A DNA stretch of 64,000 bases from Candidatus Heimdallarchaeota archaeon (GTDB taxonomy: Archaea > Asgardarchaeota > Heimdallarchaeia > Heimdallarchaeales > Heimdallarchaeaceae), in the NCBI GenBank assembly GCA_030603365.1, contig JAUVXV010000002.1, forward strand, positions 128,001-192,000, in the 5' to 3' direction. Made by a program: the position numbers and the translations under genes. This document shows positions 59,154 through 64,000 of the stretch, piece after piece (the stretch's first letter is position 1; each line of letters opens with the position of its first letter). The notes beneath the pieces were generated by a model. The model did no database searches. It was not told where the DNA came from and saw only the letters and a list, made by a program, of their open reading frames with translations.

Positions 59154-59354
59154 TCACATCTTATGAAGTTGCTCAGACTCCCTTATATTGAGTTTATCTG
59201 GGATATTACGCTCATAATCCTCCTTTTCTAAGAATTCTGTAAGCGCATCTCGTACAAGCTCTGACCTCGAATCATAATTCCCCATTGACATCATGTCACT
59301 CATCCATTTAATCATGCTATCAGTGACTTTGAAAGTTATTAATCTCTTCTTCAT
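59154..59354 (-). CDS. Ribbon-helix-helix (CopG/Arc/MetJ; CdrS/ParD-like) transcription regulator
   Basis: LITFKVT beta strand then GNYDSRSELVRDAL. Confidence 0.85.
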   Translation of the reverse strand: MKKRLITFKVTDSMIKWMSDMMSMGNYDSRSELVRDALTEFLEKEDYERNIPDKLNIRESEQLHKM

Positions 59355-59622
59355 TGGTTGACCAAGCTATAAATTACGCACATCACATATATATTTTTTG
59401 TCGGTAACCTAAGAAAAAACGAAAATGTAATACCCAGATGTTACGACGGTATTATTAATTACATAAAGTTGACTCAAAAAACAGCTGATTCACTGTTTTT
59501 ATATTAGAAAATTTACTAGTATTTTAAAAATTATCAGGAACAATTTACAATTTATAATAGGCTTTTAAAAATAAACTAGACCCTAAAGAAAAAAACTTAT
59601 TTGTAAATTGAAAAAAATGATG

Positions 59623-60783
59623 TTATTCAGAGTCTTTATCAAATTCATCCAAGTCGTCCATGTCACTAGCTTCTTTCTTCCAGGTAGAGTATTTCTTCAT
59701 TATTGATTCAAGATCACCTGAAATTGTACGGGCTTCAGCTACTTGTGATGGTGGTAGTGGTAGTGGTTGCGGTTGCGGTTTTGGTTTTGATCTCTTCAAA
59801 TCATCGAACGATTTGATTTCCTTAATATCTATAATAGGCTTTCCTTCAATTTTCTCCTTTGATTCCTTCTCTTCTTCTACTTTTTCTAACCAGATTCTGT
59901 ATCGATCAATGTCTTCTACTTCTTTCTTATGATCTTTTATCATATTGAAAATTTCTGATCTGATTGGTTTAGAAGTGTCCCAACACATTTGCCACACTAA
60001 ATCTGTCTGATATTTTGAAAACTTTCGCGACATTTTTTTTTCCATGAATTGAGCGAATCTCCAGAATTTTTCTCCTAGTATTTCTGCAATTTTCTTCTCT
60101 GCAGTAACTTCATCTGATTCAATGCTTAAAACGGTTTGAATTCCCTCCAGCTGTTCATAAACATACTTCCTGATATAAGGCCATAAATTTGGAAATTCCA
60201 ATAATTCTTCTCTTTCAGAAAGTTGAACAATTGCTGGTGTTTCATCAACATGTTTTGTTTTCTTCGCCTGAACCGATCTGAGAAGAGCCTCTACATCTTC
60301 GTAGCCATTAGTTCTTGCAATCATTTTTAGTGCTGCATCAATTGAATATAACAAAGAGGCTTGATGTTCCAATTTGGATTCTGCCATTAAATCTTCTACG
60401 GCCAATTCAGAACCTATAGCACCTAGTGATAAAGCAACTCTACTTTTTATACTAACATTTGGGTCTTTTGTCAATGACACCAATAAAGCAGATATTGCTT
60501 GAGGTGAAGCAAATTTACCTAAAGCTCGTGATGCAGCTAATCGTATCTCAACTTCATTATCCATCAGACAGTAGATTAAGGTCTCAATAGATCTATGGTC
60601 AGAAATTTCAGCTAGAGCAATAATTGCATATGTTCTGTTCTCCAACGTATCCTGATTCACTACTTTAATTAGAGGTTCAACAGCTCTTTCATCTCTTAAA
60701 TCGCCTAGAGCAAGTATTGCTTCCTCTCTCTTTTCCTTTTCATCATGACTGAGCTGCTTGATTAACTTGTTAATATTAACCAT
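59623..60783 (-). CDS. HEAT (PBS-lyase-like) repeat protein with charged, Pro-rich C-terminus
   Basis: Four repeats such as REEAILALGDLRDERAVEPL; PKPQPQPLPLPP. Confidence 0.85.
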   Translation of the reverse strand: MVNINKLIKQLSHDEKEKREEAILALGDLRDERAVEPLIKVVNQDTLENRTYAIIALAEISDHRSIETLIYCLMDNEVEIRLAASRALGKFASPQAISALLVSLTKDPNVSIKSRVALSLGAIGSELAVEDLMAESKLEHQASLLYSIDAALKMIARTNGYEDVEALLRSVQAKKTKHVDETPAIVQLSEREELLEFPNLWPYIRKYVYEQLEGIQTVLSIESDEVTAEKKIAEILGEKFWRFAQFMEKKMSRKFSKYQTDLVWQMCWDTSKPIRSEIFNMIKDHKKEVEDIDRYRIWLEKVEEEKESKEKIEGKPIIDIKEIKSFDDLKRSKPKPQPQPLPLPPSQVAEARTISGDLESIMKKYSTWKKEASDMDDLDEFDKDSE

Positions 60784-60868
60784 TACAGTTAAACAAACTA
60801 CGCCAAATATTTAATTTTATTGCTAGAGAAAAGATATTTCACTCTCAATGATTGTAAAATAAACAAAT

Positions 60869-61834
60869 TTAGAGAAATTTTCTATTGCTATAATCTTCTT
60901 TAGCAATTAAAGTAACAGCTGAATCCTCTTTGTAATCGATAATCCTTAGTTCAGAGTCTTCAATTATCTGATCAGAGAAACTCTTTATCTTTTCAAACCT
61001 TGGCATAATCTCATATGAAAGCCTTTGTCGAGCATCCCCTACTGACATGAACCCTTTAGGTTCTAAATAATGAGCTTCTGATTTAAGAAAGAGATCTTTA
61101 TACAGAAGAGGTTCATCCATGTTATATCCTGGAACCAATGTTAAACGCATAACCTTCCTTGTATTGAGTGATGGTAAAAGGTCTACTGTATCCATTATTT
61201 TGTTCCAAGCATTTTTATCACTTGGTCTTGCTGTTTTGTCAAATAACTCTTGAGTAGGAGCTATCATTGTCACATACAATTGAGTAGGAAGAGGATCTAG
61301 TTTCTCCAAAACTTCAGGAGTTGTTCCATTGGTTACTAGAAAAGTAGTCATGCCTCTAGAATGGAATTCTTCAATAAGTTCACCAATTCTGGGGTAGAAT
61401 GTTGGTTCACCGCTCAGTGATATTGCAGCATGTTTAGGATTGAAAGCTTCTTCATACATAGATTCAGGTACTTTCGAATGTTTGTTGTAGCCAGCAATCA
61501 GCTTTCTCTGGTAGTAAATCATCTCGTCAACAATGTGTTCTGGATCATCAACTTTGCAATCCATCATCTTTTTATTATACCACGAAGCACTTCTCCAACA
61601 AAAAATACACTTTAAATTGCACCATATGGTTGCTGGAGTACATTGTAAGCATCTATGGGAATCAATACCATAAAATTTGCTTTTGTAGCAGACACCTTCT
61701 CCCTTTAATGAATGCTTTAACCATGTGCACGTTTTGACAGCAGAATGAGAACCAGCAATTCTATACTGTTGTTTCTCAAGCTTTTGTTTTACTTTTTCCG
61801 GAATAGTGCAATGTTCCTCTATCATGGTAACCAC
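60869..61834 (-). CDS. taw1: 4-demethylwyosine synthase (radical SAM, archaeal TYW1)
   Basis: HSAVKTCTW, CYKSKFYGIDSHRC, CNLKCIFCWR, HAAISLSGEPT, FLVTNGT. Confidence 0.95.
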   Translation of the reverse strand: MVTMIEEHCTIPEKVKQKLEKQQYRIAGSHSAVKTCTWLKHSLKGEGVCYKSKFYGIDSHRCLQCTPATIWCNLKCIFCWRSASWYNKKMMDCKVDDPEHIVDEMIYYQRKLIAGYNKHSKVPESMYEEAFNPKHAAISLSGEPTFYPRIGELIEEFHSRGMTTFLVTNGTTPEVLEKLDPLPTQLYVTMIAPTQELFDKTARPSDKNAWNKIMDTVDLLPSLNTRKVMRLTLVPGYNMDEPLLYKDLFLKSEAHYLEPKGFMSVGDARQRLSYEIMPRFEKIKSFSDQIIEDSELRIIDYKEDSAVTLIAKEDYSNRKFL

Positions 61835-61871
61835 AAAAAGGATATGATAGATAATATTACATTAAAGATTC

Positions 61872-62270
61872 TTATCTATCTACAAGACTGTCCAATGTAA
61901 TTTCATCCAAAAAACCAAATCTACTTTGATCGCTTAACCAAGATTGTGCTTCGAAATCGTTGGTAAAAGATCTAACTTTGTCCTTTAGTTCCTTGTTTTT
62001 TATTTTCTTCTTCTTCTTAGCGTAATAAAAGGCCATATTTTGAACTACATTACCTTTAGACCCCAATTTATCCGCTACAATATTAGCTAGATTTTCAGAT
62101 TCATCCCCCTCATAATTAGATAAATCTAACAAATAAAATAAAGGTTTTTTAGCATTCTCAACTTGTTCTTTAATGCACCTGGCTAACTCTTTTTCCATCT
62201 TGTCGTTGTACTTTCCCTCGAAATTCATACGAACAATTACTTTTGATAAGTATCTTACATGAATTGTCAT
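61872..62270 (-). CDS. STAS/SpoIIAA-like small alpha/beta protein
   Basis: YLLDLSNY and VRSFTNDFEAQSWL resemble SpoIIAA-like termini. Confidence 0.5.
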   Translation of the reverse strand: MTIHVRYLSKVIVRMNFEGKYNDKMEKELARCIKEQVENAKKPLFYLLDLSNYEGDESENLANIVADKLGSKGNVVQNMAFYYAKKKKKIKNKELKDKVRSFTNDFEAQSWLSDQSRFGFLDEITLDSLVDR

Positions 62271-62412
62271 TGTTCACTTTACACCTATTATAACTCAGCT
62301 TCGTTGGAATATTTAAAAAAGATTTGTTCTAACCATATTTGCCTTACATGTGACTAATAATGTTAGAGAAAATCCTTAATAAATGGAATGTATCAGCTTT
62401 AAATGAACTATC

Positions 62413-63018
62413 ATGGTCCAGAAGGAAAATGAAGAAAAAAAAGACAAAGCAGATGAAGAAGAATCCTTTTTCAACAAATCAAGACGTTTAAGGGTTCTGA
62501 AATTTGGAATTGTAAGCTCTGTTGGATTAAGTATTAATTATTTGATAGTTTTCTTGATGCTATTGATTCTAAATATCGCTATTTTTTCACCATATTTCTG
62601 GTCATCAAAAATTATAAGTTCACCAGATTTTCTTGCAAGATTTTTCACTGACACTGATATTCTCTTCAGCATTTGGTTCTTAGATATTTCAAGAGTACTC
62701 GTTTCTCAAGCTGTAGCAATTCTGATAGTTATGATTTATAACTATTTCATTAATAAGATTTGGACTTTCAAGGAACAGGAAGAAGAAGCAGAATTCAACA
62801 CTTTATATCAATTCATTAAATTCGCTGCTGTCGGAGCACTTGGAACAGTTATCAATCTAGGTCTAGTGTATCTCTTTTATGATGTCATTGGATGGAATGA
62901 ATACCTTGCAATTACTATCGGGTTTGTGGTTTCAGTTTTCTCCAATTTTATTCTAAATGATATCTGGACATTTAATCCTAAATTTGGTAAGAAGAAAACA
63001 GAACAAGAATCAAACTAA
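62413..63018 (+). CDS. GtrA-family membrane protein (duplicated GtrA motif)
   Basis: KFGIVSSVG...YNYFINKIWTF and KFAAVGALG...SNFILNDIWTF. Confidence 0.88.
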   Translation: MVQKENEEKKDKADEEESFFNKSRRLRVLKFGIVSSVGLSINYLIVFLMLLILNIAIFSPYFWSSKIISSPDFLARFFTDTDILFSIWFLDISRVLVSQAVAILIVMIYNYFINKIWTFKEQEEEAEFNTLYQFIKFAAVGALGTVINLGLVYLFYDVIGWNEYLAITIGFVVSVFSNFILNDIWTFNPKFGKKKTEQESN

Positions 63019-63377
63019 ACTTCTTTACCACAGCTTGAACAGAAGGTTGAATCAGTTTCCATTCTAAAACCACAGTTTTCACAAAAACTTACTGTTGGGT
63101 CATTATTTTTTAAATGGACTAATTGTTGATCGCTCTTATATCTCTTCTGAACATTACCATAGTAACTGTTCAAGTTATCATACATCACTTTGGTTCTTGA
63201 AGAAACGCCTCTTCTTGCTAAAAACCATAACAAACCTGCTATGAAAATGCAGATACCAGATACAACGAAGAATACCGTAATGTCATCATAAAAAAGGAAG
63301 TAAACTCCCACTAGTGCAGCTGCTAAAAGGAACCAAGAAAAACTACCAAAACGGTATCGTTTACGTTCCCCAGCCAT
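63015..63377 (-). CDS. Two-TM protein with C-terminal zinc ribbon
   Basis: FCENCG-x7-FCSSCG. Confidence 0.8.
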   Translation of the reverse strand: MAGERKRYRFGSFSWFLLAAALVGVYFLFYDDITVFFVVSGICIFIAGLLWFLARRGVSSRTKVMYDNLNSYYGNVQKRYKSDQQLVHLKNNDPTVSFCENCGFRMETDSTFCSSCGKEV

Positions 63378-63403
63378 AGTGAATCAATCTTAAACATAGA
63401 CGA

Positions 63404-64000
63404 TTATAAGTCATTCCTTTTGGAATTTGGCGAAAGAAATTCAAATTCTAGGATTTTCAATTGTTCTAGATGAAACGGAAATGGTTCAGGTAATAAAGAT
63501 AGTTTTTTTCTCCAATCTTTCTTATCTGTTATCCATGAGTTAGAATCAAGTGGATTTATTGGTGCATCGAATCTTATAGGTTTGTCAACCTTTCCTTCAT
63601 CCATTATTTCATCGATTTGCTCTCTGAATTTTTCATAATAATAGATTTCAGATTCATTAAGAATATTGAGCAATTTTGCGTCTGTGAATTCATCATCTGC
63701 GCGCATTAGATACATTTCTGCTCTCGTTTTGTTTTTGTTGAATACTTGATATATTGCCATCATTGTATAACTATAGATAGGTACAAAACGATTATTAAAA
63801 AGCATAAGATATACTTCTGCTGCTCTATCGAAGTAATTTTTCGAGTTAGCTAAATATTCAGGATCTTCTCCTTCAGCCCATCTGAACAACCAGAACCTGG
63901 CTAACAATAAAGACAGTTCTGGATCACCCTTATCAATTCCTTGAGTTTTGATAATTTTTTCCATTTTGGTGGTATCAGTCACTAAATCATATACAAATGC
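63404..64000 (-). CDS. Hypothetical helical protein; frame is open to the window edge, so probably 5'-truncated
   Basis: Codons upstream of GTG 63982 (GCA TTT GTA TAT GAT TTA) contain no stop. Confidence 0.6.
   Translation of the reverse strand, partial: AFVYDLVTDTTKMEKIIKTQGIDKGDPELSLLLARFWLFRWAEGEDPEYLANSKNYFDRAAEVYLMLFNNRFVPIYSYTMMAIYQVFNKNKTRAEMYLMRADDEFTDAKLLNILNESEIYYYEKFREQIDEIMDEGKVDKPIRFDAPINPLDSNSWITDKKDWRKKLSLLPEPFPFHLEQLKILEFEFLSPNSKRNDL

Noticed and set aside
59748-59785. Short tandem repeats (GGTAGT/GGTTGC)
   Set aside because: They simply encode the Pro-rich segment of the HEAT protein; not an independent repeat element.
3504-61615. Numerous 60-126-aa ORFs antisense to or overlapping long genes (e.g. 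33841-34221, 40734-41048, 26533-26808, 59660-59932)
   Set aside because: They are shadow ORFs of well-supported genes, with no motifs of their own.
1-64000. tRNA or rRNA genes
   Set aside because: No GC-rich cloverleaf or rRNA-like segment was seen in any intergenic gap; a tRNAscan-SE/Infernal run would be needed to exclude small RNAs.

Overview
This AT-rich archaeal window most likely comes from an Asgard archaeon (Heimdallarchaeia-like). The evidence is a TFB paralog, Taw1, TPR-longin and HEAT/TPR proteins, and secreted proteins with short C-terminal TM + basic-tail anchors; the taxonomy is inferred, not searched. About 45 kb (1-45.2 kb) is a surface-glycan region. It holds GT2/GT4/GT-C glycosyltransferases, two flippases, GDP-fucose enzymes, and a complete 2-hydroxyethylphosphonate (HEP) pathway (CTase-PepM, Ppd, Fe-ADH, NTP-transferase) with a LicD transferase. 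It also has a nonulosonic-acid module (NeuB, NeuA-PseG fusion), a pyruvyltransferase, a UDP-HexNAc dehydrogenase, and a sulfation system (Sat-CysC, CysQ, two TauE, two PAPS sulfotransferases, and a membrane-anchored SCP2-arylsulfotransferase fusion). Together these predict a sulfated, phosphonylated, sialic-acid-like polyanionic glycocalyx. The right third has an MFS-DUF47 fusion, a surface metalloprotease, three tandem TPR-longin paralogs, the second of two orphan adenine MTases (the first is at 30 kb), and housekeeping genes. It also has a TnpB-only mobile element with a rearranged (Fanzor-like) RuvC-II site, flanked by 37-bp imperfect inverted repeats. No rRNA, tRNA or CRISPR array was recognised. 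All calls come from motif recognition; no database search was run.
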